A stretch of DNA of 64,000 nucleotides from an uncultured delta proteobacterium (GCA_963781505.1 CAWAHB010000010.1:237547-301546); one strand, 5' to 3'. Shown: positions 1 to 10,600, counted from the first letter of the stretch. Translations and numbers: made by a program. Notes: a model not told the origin generated them from the letters alone.

Positions 1-1848
1 ACAGGCGAAAGAAGCGCTCGAGCCAGGTGACGAGCTCCTGGGGCTGGTAGCTCGGGAAATCGGCGCGCATCAAGAGGTAGGCCTCGTAGCGGAGAACGCT
101 TGTCACGAATCGCGGCGCGCTCGATCGCATCGAGAAGCTCGTAGGGCATGAGATCGCTCTCGTCAGTCTGTTTGGACTCGAGAGGCCGAAGCTCGGCGGT
201 CGGTGCCTGGGCGGTGACCGCGGAGAGCGCCGGAATCGAGCCCACGCCCATGGGTCCGTGTGTCTCGAGCCACGAGAGCCAGCGACGCAAGAACGCCTTG
301 TCGATACCGGCGATGGGAGACAGGCCCCCAGCCGTATCGCCGTCCATCGTCGCGTACCCCACCGCGGCCTCCGAGCGATTGCTCGTCGAAAGCAAGAGTG
401 CGCCGGTCAAGTTGGCGAGCATCCACACGCCCGGGGCCCGAGCTCGTGCCTGGATGTTCTGAAGTGCGATGTCGTCGTCTTTCCAAGTGAGCGTCCGACC
501 GACGGCGTCCGACACGAGCTTCGTGTACGCCTGCACCATCGTGTCGACGTCGAGCTCGAGATGGCGAGCGCCGATGGCCTCCGCGATGGCGCGGGCAGCG
601 CTTCGGGTCACGTCGGAGCTATTTCGGGTGGACTGATACACGGTACAGAGGAGTTTCTCGGTGATGCTGCGATCGCTGTCGGCACCTTTGAGCGCGTCGA
701 TGTGACCGAGCTTGGCCCGAAGTCCCTCGGGACCGAGCTCGAGGAGCAGAAAGCGCACCATCATCGAGACGAGGCACGCGACGGCGCTGGAATCCGCCCC
801 TCCCGAGAGAGAAACGAGGAAGCCACTCGCCCGGCTCTTCCTCATGTAGTCGAAGAGCGCCAGGCAAACGGCGCGGGAAAACTCCTCTTCTTTCTCGTGC
901 GGACCGCCTTCCCAGCTTTCCGAAAGAGGGCTCGTCGCCGCCGGTACGATCTCCGGAAAGACGTGCTCGCTCGCAATGCATTCGTCGGGCGCCACGTCGA
1001 CGTGGGGGCTGAAAGCTCGAAAGCCAACCGTGTCGACTGCGCGTGAGATCGACGTCGATGGTGGCCGTGATCAGTGTGTGGTCAGCAAATGAAAATCGTG
1101 GCGCGGTCGCGATGAGCTTCCCACCGGTCGCGATCATTGCGTCGCCGTCGTAGATGGCACGGCCCGCTTCGTTGCCGAGCAGGTTGGCATACACGTAGCT
1201 CACACCGAACGCGCGGGAGCCTTCGAGCACGAGGCGCCGGCGGATGTCCTTCTTACCGAAGGCGAAGTGACTGGCCGACGGGTTCAGGATCACGTCGACC
1301 GCGTCGAGCGAGAGCTCGGCACCCGGGCGATTGGCGATCCAAGCGTCTTCACAAATCTCGAATCCGATCTTCACTCCACCGCAATCGAAGTGCACGTCAC
1401 CCAAGGGGATGTCCCTACCGAGCAGCCGAGTGTGGGTGCGATGATTGCGCGGCCAGGGCTTGAACCAGCGCGGCTCGTAGTGGATGCCGTCGCCGGCCAG
1501 AGCGCGCTTGGCAACCAGGCCGAGGATCCGCCGGTCATCCACCAGTGCGCAGGTATTGAACACCGCCTTGTTGTGCCGGACAGGGAGCCCGACGCTGACG
1601 ATGATGCCCTGGGTGTGCCCCGCGATCTCGCCCAACATTTCCGCCGCCGTGTCGAGAACGGCGGGCGCGAGAAACATGTCTTCGCAACCGTAACCGCTGA
1701 TGCAGAGCTCGGGCAGACACAAGATGCTCACGCCCTCGGACTTCGCCTTCGCGATCACATCCAGGATGTTTTTCGTGTTGGCGTCCCAGGCGAGGGGCGT
1801 CTGGTTGAGAGTCGCGGCGGCGACTTTGACGAGTCTCATCTTCCGCAA
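1..1848 (-). CDS. nadE: Glutamine-dependent NAD(+) synthetase; 3' end runs off the left edge; frame broken twice as sequenced (~1045 and ~95)
   Basis: ORF 619..1848 opens with a CN-hydrolase glutaminase domain (LCLPELCISGYGCEDMF, KIGFEICEDAW) and turns into Arg-rich text after ~270 aa. My translation of another minus frame from ~1040 gives VDTVGFRAFSPHVDVAPDE...FLVSLSGGADSSAV (SGGxDS PP-loop, ~824-780). Near 150-100 it gives QTDESDLMPYELLDAIE, so the synthetase domain continues to position 1. Confidence 0.85.
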
Positions 1849-1929
1849 ACTTCGCGAAGTTCCTGGGAACTGGCAAGGGCGCCCAATCTCGGGCCGGCAA
1901 ATGGGGGCAAGCCGTGTTGGGCCCCTTCC

Positions 1930-2347
1930 TCAATCACTCGGACGGGGGGGCAGGGCCGCGGCGAACCGCGCGTCGAAATCCGCGACTACGCGGGCGACAT
2001 CTGGGCGCGACATCACCTCCTCGATCCGCGCCGTGCCGTCTTCGAGGACTTCGCGATCCCCGCTCGAACCCATCGCATCCGGTCCTGCGCTGTTCGGATC
2101 GCGACCGATCGCCCGGGCTCTGCGCAGCGCCGCGCGGGGCAACCCTTTCACCTGGGCGAGAGCCGAAGAGAGAGCGCTGGTCACGAGGGCGGTGTCGACT
2201 CCCACCACGGCGCCATCGAACGCACTTCGCACACTCTGGGCCTGAACGAGCAGCGTCTCTGGCGCGACGAGGTATCCGCGCTCGAGCGCTCGCTCCAGAG
2301 CTCGCCCGAAGAGCAGGGACTCCGTCAGGTCGGCAGCGAAATAGCGG
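1930..2347 (-). CDS. Hypothetical protein; either 100 aa from GTG at 2232 or a 5'-truncated longer gene (frame open to 2347 with no ATG/GTG/TTG)
   Basis: ORF 1930..2232 (VRSAFDGAVVGVDTALVTSALSSALAQVKGLP...). I translated the same frame upstream as FPWLKAIRYFAADLTESLLFGRALERALERGYLVAPETLLVQAQS, which is protein-like with mostly G/C third positions. No family recognised. Confidence 0.35.
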
Positions 2348-2370
2348 ATTGCCTTCAGCCACGGGAATCA

Positions 2371-2600
2371 TGAATGCGCTCGTTGCCACCGACATGCCCG
2401 GACCGGGCACGGTATTTTTGAGCCACGATTGGCGCTTCGTCGCCCCCGTTTTCATCGGCGATACGATCACGGCGGAGGCCGAGATCGTCGAGGTGCACGC
2501 GACCAAACCCGTGACCCGCATGAAAGTCACCATCACTCGCCAAGACGGTGAAGTCGTCCTCGAGGGCGAAGCGTGGTGCTACACGTTTCGACCCGAGTAA
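2371..2600 (+). pseudogene. MaoC-like (R)-specific enoyl-CoA hydratase, C-terminal half of the hotdog fold only
   Basis: MNALVATDMPGPGTVFLSHDWRFVAPVFIGDTITAEAEIVEV...VLEGEAWCYTF aligns by eye to the second half of PhaJ/MaoC hydratases (LPGxGSIYLxQSLxFxxPVxxGD). The upstream in-frame text is Arg-rich nonsense, and the active-site Asp/His segment is absent. Confidence 0.6.
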
Positions 2601-2608
2601 TCCTCCGT

Positions 2609-3571
2609 TCACGCCTGCGCGGCGATCAACCACTCGCTGAGCGGCGTGAACACTCGCTCCTGAGCGTAGCGGCTGATGAACAGATCCGCGTGCGCGAACC
2701 AGGTGTCGTCATCCCCCACCTCGAGAACCTCGCTCGACTTGGATACTCGAGCTGCGCTCCTGGCCGCCTCGGGCGGCACGATTCCGTCCCGGTTTGCCAC
2801 GACGCAGAGCAGCGGACGATCCGCCCGGGCAAACACTTCGCTGACGTTCACTCCGTCCACGATCAAGTCTCGGGAGCGAAACCAGGTTGCGATCTCGCCG
2901 TTGAGCTTCGGGATCGGATCCTCGACGGTTTTGATGAGCTCCTCCGCCTGGGAGAGATCGACGATGTCGGTGTTCATGTAGATGGAGAGGAGCTTGGGCC
3001 AGTGCTCGGCGACCCACGGCAGAACGAAGCCTGCCACCCGGCGGGTGCCGGAAACTCGGATACGGCTCGCCAGAGCCGGTGACGCGAACACGGCGCGCAA
3101 GAGCGGGTGCGAGCCTTCCCAGCGGAGCGGAGCCCCGATTGCGACAATCGAGCCGATGCCGTGGGACTCGCGTTGATGAGCGACGTACGTGAAAACGTAC
3201 GTGCCACCCAGACTGCAGCCCACCGCATCGACGAGATCCGTGCGAGTTTCGGTATGCTCCCGCACACACCGAACCGCGGTGGCGAGATCGCCCAGCGCCA
3301 GCTCCCGAAACCCCGCGTTGCGATCGCCACCTTCCGAGCGGGACTCGCCCTGGCCGCGAAGGTTGCACGTCCACACCTCGAATCCGGCGTCAGCGAGGAA
3401 CTCGATCATGCTCGGACCGCTCGGATGAAAGCCGAGGGGCGTCGTGTTCATGCAGTACCCGGGCACGAGAAGCACCGGTCGCCGGCCGCGGACCATCCGC
3501 TCCTTCGTGACGTAGCGCCTCACGTCGAGGGCCCACCCGTCGACCTTTGGCCAGTGGCGTTCGACCTGCAT
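2609..3571 (-). CDS. Alpha/beta-fold hydrolase
   Basis: Intact 320-aa ORF with a GxSxG nucleophile elbow (AVGCSLGGTY), PVLLVPGY near the N-terminus and a late His region (FAHADLF). Confidence 0.8.
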   Translation of the reverse strand: MQVERHWPKVDGWALDVRRYVTKERMVRGRRPVLLVPGYCMNTTPLGFHPSGPSMIEFLADAGFEVWTCNLRGQGESRSEGGDRNAGFRELALGDLATAVRCVREHTETRTDLVDAVGCSLGGTYVFTYVAHQRESHGIGSIVAIGAPLRWEGSHPLLRAVFASPALASRIRVSGTRRVAGFVLPWVAEHWPKLLSIYMNTDIVDLSQAEELIKTVEDPIPKLNGEIATWFRSRDLIVDGVNVSEVFARADRPLLCVVANRDGIVPPEAARSAARVSKSSEVLEVGDDDTWFAHADLFISRYAQERVFTPLSEWLIAAQA

Positions 3572-3628
3572 CGGGGCGCCGGCTTACCACCTCGTGCTCT
3601 CGGCCGCCTGCCAACTCGCATGCGCCGC

Positions 3629-3649
3629 GCGCCAACCGAGGGTTGGCGC
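3629..3649. promoter_or_regulatory. Perfect 9-bp inverted repeat with 3-nt spacer (GCGCCAACC gag GGTTGGCGC) in the divergent intergenic region
   Basis: Read directly from the sequence. It lies between the hydrolase start (3571, minus) and the VanY lipoprotein start (3748, plus). Operator or 5'-UTR hairpin; function unknown. Confidence 0.3.
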
Positions 3650-3747
3650 CTCTCGGGGTTCGAGCGCGGATACCCGTGTTCTATCCAGGGTTTGGGAAAA
3701 GCCGGCTCGCCGAAAACGTTGGCGTCATTCCTGCTCCATGGAGCGGC

Positions 3748-5302
3748 ATGACCGCTCTCCGCCTTCTGTGCCTGATGCTCGTCATGGTCACCGGCTGTGC
3801 TCTCGAAAGCGCCGGCACGACGGACCCCGAGAGCGGTGAGGAGGTGGACGAGGCAACCCAGGAGCTTTCGTCCTTGAGCTGCTCCATGTCGAGCGCCACC
3901 GGCTACGTGAAGGGATCGGCCTTCTCGATCAAGTCGTGACGGTCGACGGTAAGAAGGTCGAGTGGAAGACTGCGAACGCGTACATGAAGATGGCGAAGGC
4001 CGCCGCCGCAGCGGGCGTGCAAATCCACGTCGTCAGCGGCTTTCGCACCATGGCCGAGCAGAAGTATCTCTACTCGTGTTACGTCAATTGCAGCTGCAAC
4101 AGCTGCAACCTCGCGGCAACGCCCGGTTACAGCAATCATCAGAGCGGTCATGCCCTCGATTTGAACACCTCGTCGAGTGGCGTCTACGGGTGGCTCAACG
4201 CTCACGGAGCGAGCTACGGCTTCAAACGAACCGTGCCCAGCGAATCCTGGCATTGGGAGTGGTGGGGGACCGATCCGGGCACGGGGCCGTGCAACGGCAG
4301 CGACAAGGACAACGACGGCGTGGCCGATGCCAAGGACAACTGTCCCGGAACGAAGAACGCGAGCCAGCTCGACACGGACAAGGACGGCAAGGGCGACGCC
4401 TGCGATGGCGACGACGACGGCGACGGAATCAGCGACGCCAAGGACAACTGCACCAAGAAGAAGAACGCCGGCCAGCTCGACACCGACGGGGACGGCAAGG
4501 GCAACGCCTGCGACGGCGACGACGACGGCGACGGGATTGCGGACGGCAAGGACAACTGTCCCCTCGTGGCAAACAAGGGCCAGCTCGATACCGACAAGGA
4601 CAAGAAGGGCGATGCCTGCGACGACGACGACGACGGCGACGGAATTGCCGACGCCAAGGACAACTGCCCCAAGAAGAAGAACGCCGGCCAGCTCGACACC
4701 GACGGTGATGGCGTTGGTGACGCTTGCCAGACGGATGATGACGGCGACGGCTTCCCCGACGCCGAAGACAACTGCCCGAAGGTCGACAACCCCGAGCAAC
4801 TCGACACGGATGGCGACGGAAAGGGCGACGCCTGCGACGACGACGACGACGGCGACGGTATCCCCGACGTGTCGGACAAGTGTCCAGACGTGGCCGAATC
4901 CCGACCAGACCGACTCGAATGGCAACGGCGTGGGTGACGCCTGCGATCACGATGCCGACGACGACGGCGTCCAGGACGACGTAGACGATGTGCCCCGACG
5001 TGGCCAATCCCGATCAGCTGGACACCGACGGCGACGGTCTCGGGGACGCCTGCGACGATGACGACGACGACGACGGCGTCCCGGACGCGACCGATCGCTG
5101 TCCGGGCGTGGCGGATACGGATCTCGAAGCCTGCCCGCCGGAATTCGAAGACGCGCCTCCGGAGTCGGGCCCGAGCACCCTAGGCGCAGCGGAAAGCGAC
5201 GCGAGCTGCAGCATGCGCTCACCACCCAGGGGAGACAGCGGATGGATGATCCTCTGCGCATTGGCGCTCTTCAGCGCCCGGACGCGTCGCCGGCCCGGCT
5301 AG
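3748..5302 (+). pseudogene. Secreted lipoprotein: VanY/M15B D-Ala-D-Ala carboxypeptidase domain + thrombospondin type-3 repeats + MYXO-CTERM-like tail; 3 frame breaks (~3933, ~4905, ~4985)
   Basis: Lipobox signal MTALRLLCLMLVMVTGC. VanY motifs [21 protein letters not shown] and ESWHWEW. Repeated DxDxDGxGDACDxDDDGDGxxDxxDNCP units. C-terminal ASCSMRSPP...[19 protein letters not shown]. The pieces lie in ORFs 3547..3939, 3936..4937, 4177..5061 and 4988..5302. Confidence 0.8.
4302..5122 (+). repeat. Array of ~7-8 thrombospondin type-3 (calcium-binding Asp-rich) coding repeats, ~36 aa each
   Basis: Periodic DNCPxxxNxxQLDTDxDGxGDACDxDDDGDG pattern across the translated frames. It also generates long spurious ORFs in the other frames and on the opposite strand. 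Confidence 0.85.
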
Positions 5303-5391
5303 CCGGTAGCTGAGCGCAGTCTGAGCCAGCGCACGCCACCCTGGGCGGGCCTGACGAGCTCTGCTACGCCTACCGCCCCGCGGAGGGCGAC

Positions 5392-7045
5392 ATGACCGAC
5401 AACTTGCAACTCGACCAGATCTACGAATTCGAAGAACAGCGCCCCGACGACGTGTGGCTCACCCAGCCCATGGGGGCCGGAAAGGTCCGCGAGCTCACCT
5501 TCCGGGAGGCCATCGACGAGGCGCGGAGAATGGCCGCGCATCTCTTGTCCCTCGACTTGCCGAAGCCGAGTCAGATCGCGATCTTTTCCAAGAACAACGC
5601 CTGGTGGATGCTCGCTGACATCGCGATCTGGATGGCGGGCCACGTCTCCGTGCCTCTGTACCCGATGCTCACGCCGGAAACGATTGGGCAGATCCTCGAC
5701 CACAGTGAGTCGCGTCTGATGTTCGTGGGCAAGCTCGATGGGTTTTCTGCGATGGAGCCCGGCATTCCGCAGAGCATGCCGCGCATCGCCTGCCGCTCGC
5801 GCCCGAGATGAGGCGCCGAGCTGGGACGAGATCATCGCCAAGACCGAGCCGGTTTCCGGCAAGCCCCGCCGCGACCGCCGACGAGATCGCCACGATCATC
5901 TACACGTCCGGCAGCACCGGTGTACCCAAGGGTGTGATGCATCGTTCGCGACGATGTGCGCCGCACGCTGCTTTCGAGAGCGTCTGACGCGGGCTCGAAG
6001 ACCGCATGCTTTCCTACCTTCCGCTCGCGCACACCTTCGAGCGCACGGTGGTCGAGACCGGCACGTTCCTGTCGGGCTTTCAGGTGTTCTTCGCCGAGAG
6101 TCTGGAAACGTTCGTCGAGATCTACAGCGCGCGCGACCCACTCTGTTCGTCAGCGTTCCCCGGCTGTGGCAGAAGTTCCAGCCCGGGGTGTTCTCGAAGA
6201 TGCCGCCCCAAAAGCTCGCGCGACTGCTGAAAATCCCCATCGTGAAGGGCATCGTCAAAAGAAGGTCCTCACTGGGCTCGGCCTGGACAGCTGCCGGTAC
6301 GCCGGCTCCGGATCAGCTCCGATTCCGGCGGAGCTCATCGAGTGGTACCGCGCGCTCGGGCTCGAGCTGCTCGAGGGCTATGGCATGACCGAAAACTTCT
6401 CGTATCTCCCACGCGACGCGCCCGGGCGAGGTCCGAGTTGGATACGTCGGACGCCCTCACGACGGCGTCGAGCAGAAGCTGAGCGAGGAGGGAGAAATCC
6501 TGGTCAAGAGCCCCGGCACGATGCTCGGGTACTTCAAGGCCCCGGAGATGACGCGGGAGATGCTCACCGAAGACGGATTCCTCCGCACTGGGGATCGCGG
6601 CGAGATCGACGAGATGGGGCGTCTCAAGATCACCGGTCGGGTGAAGGAGCTGTTCAAAACCAGCAAAGGCAAGTACGTCGCTCCCGCGCCGATCGAAAAC
6701 AAGCTCCTGCTTCACTCGGACGTCGAGATCGCATGCGTGTCGGGCTCGAGCATGCCCCAGCCGTTCGGGATGGTCGTGCTTTCGGAGGAAGCCCGGAAGA
6801 CCGCCAAGAACGCGGAGCAGCAGCAGCGGATCGAGTCGACCCTCGTATCCCATCTCGCCGACCTCAACCGGGAGCTCGATCAGCACGAGCAGCTGCACAC
6901 CGTGGTCGTCATCTCCGACGAGTGGACGATGGAAAATGGCCTCCTCACTCCCACGCTGAAGCTCAAGCGAGGCGAAATCGAGAAGAAGTACGCCCCCCGC
7001 GTGGACGAGTGGTACCGCACCAAGCAAAAGGTAATCTGGGCGTAG
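5392..7045 (+). pseudogene. Long-chain fatty-acid--CoA ligase (AMP-dependent synthetase), at least 5 frame breaks between ~5800 and ~6520
   Basis: The N-terminus is in ORF 5392..5811. My translation finds DEIATIIYTSGSTGVPKGVMH at 5880 onward. MLSYLPLAHTFERTVVE is in ORF 6006..6230 and PTLFVSVPRLWQKF in ORF 5738..6388. I translated LLEGYGMTEN at ~6370. The C-terminus TGDRGEIDEMGRLKITGRVKELFKTSKGKYVAP is in ORF 6521..7045. Confidence 0.8.
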
Positions 7046-7114
7046 CGGCGCGAATCGAGGTCGCCACAAAAGAGATTTTCGCTCCGGCCCGAGCCCGGAG
7101 CTAAGCTCTGCTTC

Positions 7115-9637
7115 ATGCTTCGGCGGCTGCCTCTGGTCTTCTTCGTATTCGCCGTCGGGTGTGGCGGTGACGACGGAGGCGACGACGGACCGCGTCCGCC
7201 CGAGCCGACGCTGGTCGCCGGCGACTACTCCCTCGACGTGCTCTACAAGTCGGGGCACATCGATCTCCGTCACGGCGATCAGGTCCTACTCAGCCTTCCG
7301 GCAGACGGCTTCGTGCTCGGCACCGTCACCGAGCTCGACGACCTCGTGAACTACGACCCGGAGCCCATTGTCGCGGGAACTCCCGGTGTATCGGAGCCGG
7401 ACGGGCTCGCGTGGCACGAGGGCCGCTCGCTTCGGGTCACGAGTGCCGACGAAAACGCCGTGGAGGTGACGATCACGCACGCCGGCGGGCTGGTCTCGCT
7501 GCTGCACCTCGGAGTGAACGGCGATGGCAGCTTCAACGCACACTTGGCTCCCGCCGATCCCGCTGCGCCCGTGGCGTTTCTCCGGGTGTCGCCGGAGATC
7601 GACGAGAGCGAAGCGCTCTACGGCCTCGGCGAGTACTTCGACGCGGTGAACAATCGGGGAAAGCTTCGGGCAATGCAGCTCGAAGCCAAAGGCAATCTCG
7701 AGAGCAGCTACAACGAAGCCCACGTGCCGATCCCCTTCGTGACCGGGACGAGGGCCTGGGGATTCTTCGTCGAAGATCCCCACCCGGCGGTTTTCGATGT
7801 CGCGATGACGGATCCGAAGCGCGTGGCCGCGACGTTCGGCCTGGGACTCGAAAGTCCCAGCGGTCTCACATTTCATTTGTTCGGAGCGGAGCATCCCCTG
7901 GACGTGACCCAGCGTTACTATGCGCTCACCGGCTCTCCCCGACTGCCCGCTCCTTGGGGGCTCGGGCCGCTCGTATGGCGCGACGAGAATGACGACCAGA
8001 CCCAATTCGAGGGCGATCTCACCGCCATGCGTACGCTCGATCTCGCGACGAGCGCGGTCTGGATCGACCGACCCTACGCCACCGGCGTGAACACGTTCGA
8101 CTTCGATCCCGTGAAATTTCCATTTCCCGACGCGATGCTACAGCTCGCCCACGACCTCGGCTTCCGAGTGTCCCTGTGGCACACGCCGTATCTCGACGAG
8201 GCCGATCCGAGCACCCAGGCTCTCCGGGACGAGGCCGCCACGAATGGCTACTACCCGCCGACCCACGGCGTCTTGCTCAACAAGTGGGGAAAGCCCGTGG
8301 ATCTGACCAACCCCAGCGCGATGACCTGGTGGAAGAGCCTCATCCAGAAGTACGTCGACATGGGCATCGAAGGCTTCAAGCTCGACTACGGCGAAGACAT
8401 CGTGCCGGGCGTGTTCGGCGCCCGCAGCGTCTGGGAGTTTTCCGACGGCAGCGACGAGCGCACGATGCACTCGCAGTTTCAGCGCTTCTATCATCGTACC
8501 TACGCCGAGCTACTGCCGGACGAAGGGAACTTTCTCCTGTGCCGCGGCGGAACCTACGGCGACCAGGTCAGCGTGAGTGTCGTGTGGCCGGGCGATCTCG
8601 ACGCGAGCTTCGCCAAGCATGGAGAGAAAGCCACCGACTCGGGAGGAGCCAGCTACAGCGCCGTGGGCGGACTTCCCGCCGCGCTGATAGCCGGGCTGAC
8701 CCTCGGACCGAGTGGGTTTCCGTTTTTCGGCGCGGACACCGGAGGCTATCGACACTCGCCGCCGGACAAGGAGCTGTTCACCCGCTGGTTCCAGGTGACC
8801 GCGCTGTCCCCCGTGATGCAAATCGGCACGAGCGCCAACGACGTGGCCTGGGAGCCCACAGCGGCCAACGGCTTCGATCAAGAGATGCTCGACTGGTACC
8901 GCGAGTACACACGCCTGCACCTCCGCTTGTTCCCGTACATCTGGAGCTACGCAAAGCGCCTGGCGACCGACGGTCGACCGATCCAGCGCGCCCTTGGGCT
9001 CGCCTACCCCGAGCTCGGGGTGCATCCCGACGACACGTTCTTGCTCGGCGACTCGCTCCTGGTCGCACCCGTCGTCGAGCGGGGCCAGACCCAGCGCGAA
9101 GTGGTGCTTCCACCGGGGAAATGGCTCGATTACTGGACCGGCGCCAGCGAAGACGGCGATCGCACCATCACCACCAACGCGCCCCTTGGCGTCCTTCCCC
9201 TGTATCTCGCGGCGGGAGGGATTGTGCCGATGCTTCGGCCGACCATCGACACCATGAGCCCGACCACCGATCCTGCCACGGTCGACAGCTTCGCGACGAC
9301 TCCCGGGATCCTCTGGGTTCGCGTAGCGCCCGGGCCGGAGTCGTCCTTCGCAGTGTACGACGGCACGGAGCTCAGTCAGAACGACGCCGGGACGACCCTC
9401 GAGCTCAGTACGAAGACGGGCAAGGTCTTCGATCAGGAGACCATGTTCGAAGTGATCGGTTTTGGTAGCGCTCCGGCGAGCGTGACAGATGGAGGCAGCG
9501 CTCTGTCGTCCCAGACCGATCTCGCCGCTCTCGAAGCCCTACCATCGGGCTGGGCGTTCGACGCGGCACTGGCTGGCGGTACGTTGTTCATCAAGGTGCC
9601 GGCCGGTGGCACCCACGCAGTTTCCGCCGCGCGCTGA
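7115..9637 (+). CDS. Glycoside hydrolase family 31 (YicI-type alpha-xylosidase/alpha-glucosidase-like) lipoprotein
   Basis: Intact 840-aa ORF. Lipobox FVFAVGCGG. GIEGFKLDYGED resembles the YicI KTDFGE nucleophile region. Also VWPGDLDASF, FFGADTGGY and a C-terminal beta-sandwich. Confidence 0.75.
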   Translation: MLRRLPLVFFVFAVGCGGDDGGDDGPRPPEPTLVAGDYSLDVLYKSGHIDLRHGDQVLLSLPADGFVLGTVTELDDLVNYDPEPIVAGTPGVSEPDGLAWHEGRSLRVTSADENAVEVTITHAGGLVSLLHLGVNGDGSFNAHLAPADPAAPVAFLRVSPEIDESEALYGLGEYFDAVNNRGKLRAMQLEAKGNLESSYNEAHVPIPFVTGTRAWGFFVEDPHPAVFDVAMTDPKRVAATFGLGLESPSGLTFHLFGAEHPLDVTQRYYALTGSPRLPAPWGLGPLVWRDENDDQTQFEGDLTAMRTLDLATSAVWIDRPYATGVNTFDFDPVKFPFPDAMLQLAHDLGFRVSLWHTPYLDEADPSTQALRDEAATNGYYPPTHGVLLNKWGKPVDLTNPSAMTWWKSLIQKYVDMGIEGFKLDYGEDIVPGVFGARSVWEFSDGSDERTMHSQFQRFYHRTYAELLPDEGNFLLCRGGTYGDQVSVSVVWPGDLDASFAKHGEKATDSGGASYSAVGGLPAALIAGLTLGPSGFPFFGADTGGYRHSPPDKELFTRWFQVTALSPVMQIGTSANDVAWEPTAANGFDQEMLDWYREYTRLHLRLFPYIWSYAKRLATDGRPIQRALGLAYPELGVHPDDTFLLGDSLLVAPVVERGQTQREVVLPPGKWLDYWTGASEDGDRTITTNAPLGVLPLYLAAGGIVPMLRPTIDTMSPTTDPATVDSFATTPGILWVRVAPGPESSFAVYDGTELSQNDAGTTLELSTKTGKVFDQETMFEVIGFGSAPASVTDGGSALSSQTDLAALEALPSGWAFDAALAGGTLFIKVPAGGTHAVSAAR

Positions 9638-9638
9638 C

Positions 9639-10556
9639 TCACTCCGCCGGAAGGAAGACTTCTTCCTCTTCGGCTTCGATGGGAATGGGGATGGGGACCG
9701 GGACTCCGCCCTCGCTGATCAGGTTCGATCGCAGCACCTTCGCCGGTGGCTTGCGCAGGTCACGCACCAGTCCGACCAGAGAAAGGAGCCGGAGCACGTA
9801 ATACGAGAGGTCGATTTCCCACCAGAAAAAGCCCTGATTTGCGCTGGCCTGGTAGTGATGATGGTTGTTGTGCCAGCCCTCGCCCATCGTCAAGAGCGCG
9901 AGCGCGAGAGAATTCTTGCTCGTGTCGGATGTCTGGTAGCGACGCCTTCCAAACACGTGGGAGAGCGAGTTGATGGTGAAGGTGCCGTGATAGAGCAGCA
10001 CCGTCGACAGGAAGAAGCCCGTGAACAGGGCGCTCGGACCGCCCAGCAGGAGCACGATGCCGCCGAGGGCAACGGGCGGAAGCAGATGCCACCGATTCAG
10101 GAATCGAAGCTCGGGGTACTTGGCAAAATCCTTGATCTTGTCGGTCTGCGTCGCGTCGTACTTGTTGCAGATGATCCACAGCATGTGGCTCCACCAGAAA
10201 CCACGACGGGGCGAATGAACGTCGAACTCGGTGTCGGAGTACTTGTGGTGATGGCGATGATGGGCCGCCCACCAAAGAGCGCCCTTTTGCGCGCAGGTCG
10301 CACCGCCAAGCGCCATCACGAACTGCATCCCGCGCCCGAGCTTGTACGTTCGGTGCGAGAAGTAGCGGTGGTAGCCGGCGGTGATGAAGAACATGCGCAC
10401 GTAGAAGAGCCCGATGCACAACAGCACGTCCCCGAGGCGAACTCCGGTCCAGATGGCACCGAGGGGCATCAAGTGCATGAGGATGAACGGGATGGACTTG
10501 ATCGTGTCCACATGCTCGTCCGGGCCTCTCTCGAGTCGACCGAAACCGTCTTCCAT
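9639..10556 (-). CDS. Acyl-CoA (delta-9 type) fatty acid desaturase
   Basis: Three histidine boxes (HRYFSH, HRHHHKYSD, HNNHHHYQ) with hydrophobic spans between them. Intact 305 aa. Confidence 0.9.
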   Translation of the reverse strand: MEDGFGRLERGPDEHVDTIKSIPFILMHLMPLGAIWTGVRLGDVLLCIGLFYVRMFFITAGYHRYFSHRTYKLGRGMQFVMALGGATCAQKGALWWAAHHRHHHKYSDTEFDVHSPRRGFWWSHMLWIICNKYDATQTDKIKDFAKYPELRFLNRWHLLPPVALGGIVLLLGGPSALFTGFFLSTVLLYHGTFTINSLSHVFGRRRYQTSDTSKNSLALALLTMGEGWHNNHHHYQASANQGFFWWEIDLSYYVLRLLSLVGLVRDLRKPPAKVLRSNLISEGGVPVPIPIPIEAEEEEVFLPAE

Positions 10557-10600
10557 GCCTTTCTTGTACGAGGCGCCACGTCAGGGCGTGGCCACAGTAC

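Noticed and set aside
3903-4925. A 340-aa minus-strand ORF, plus the Arg-rich and Thr/Pro-rich plus-frame ORFs 3962..4708 and 4177..5061, over the TSP3 region
   Set aside because: These are periodic Val/Ala/Gly, Arg or Thr/Pro text created by reading the Asp-rich TSP3 DNA repeats in other frames or on the other strand. Only the short tail of ORF 4177..5061 ([20 protein letters not shown]) is real coding text, and that results from a frameshift.
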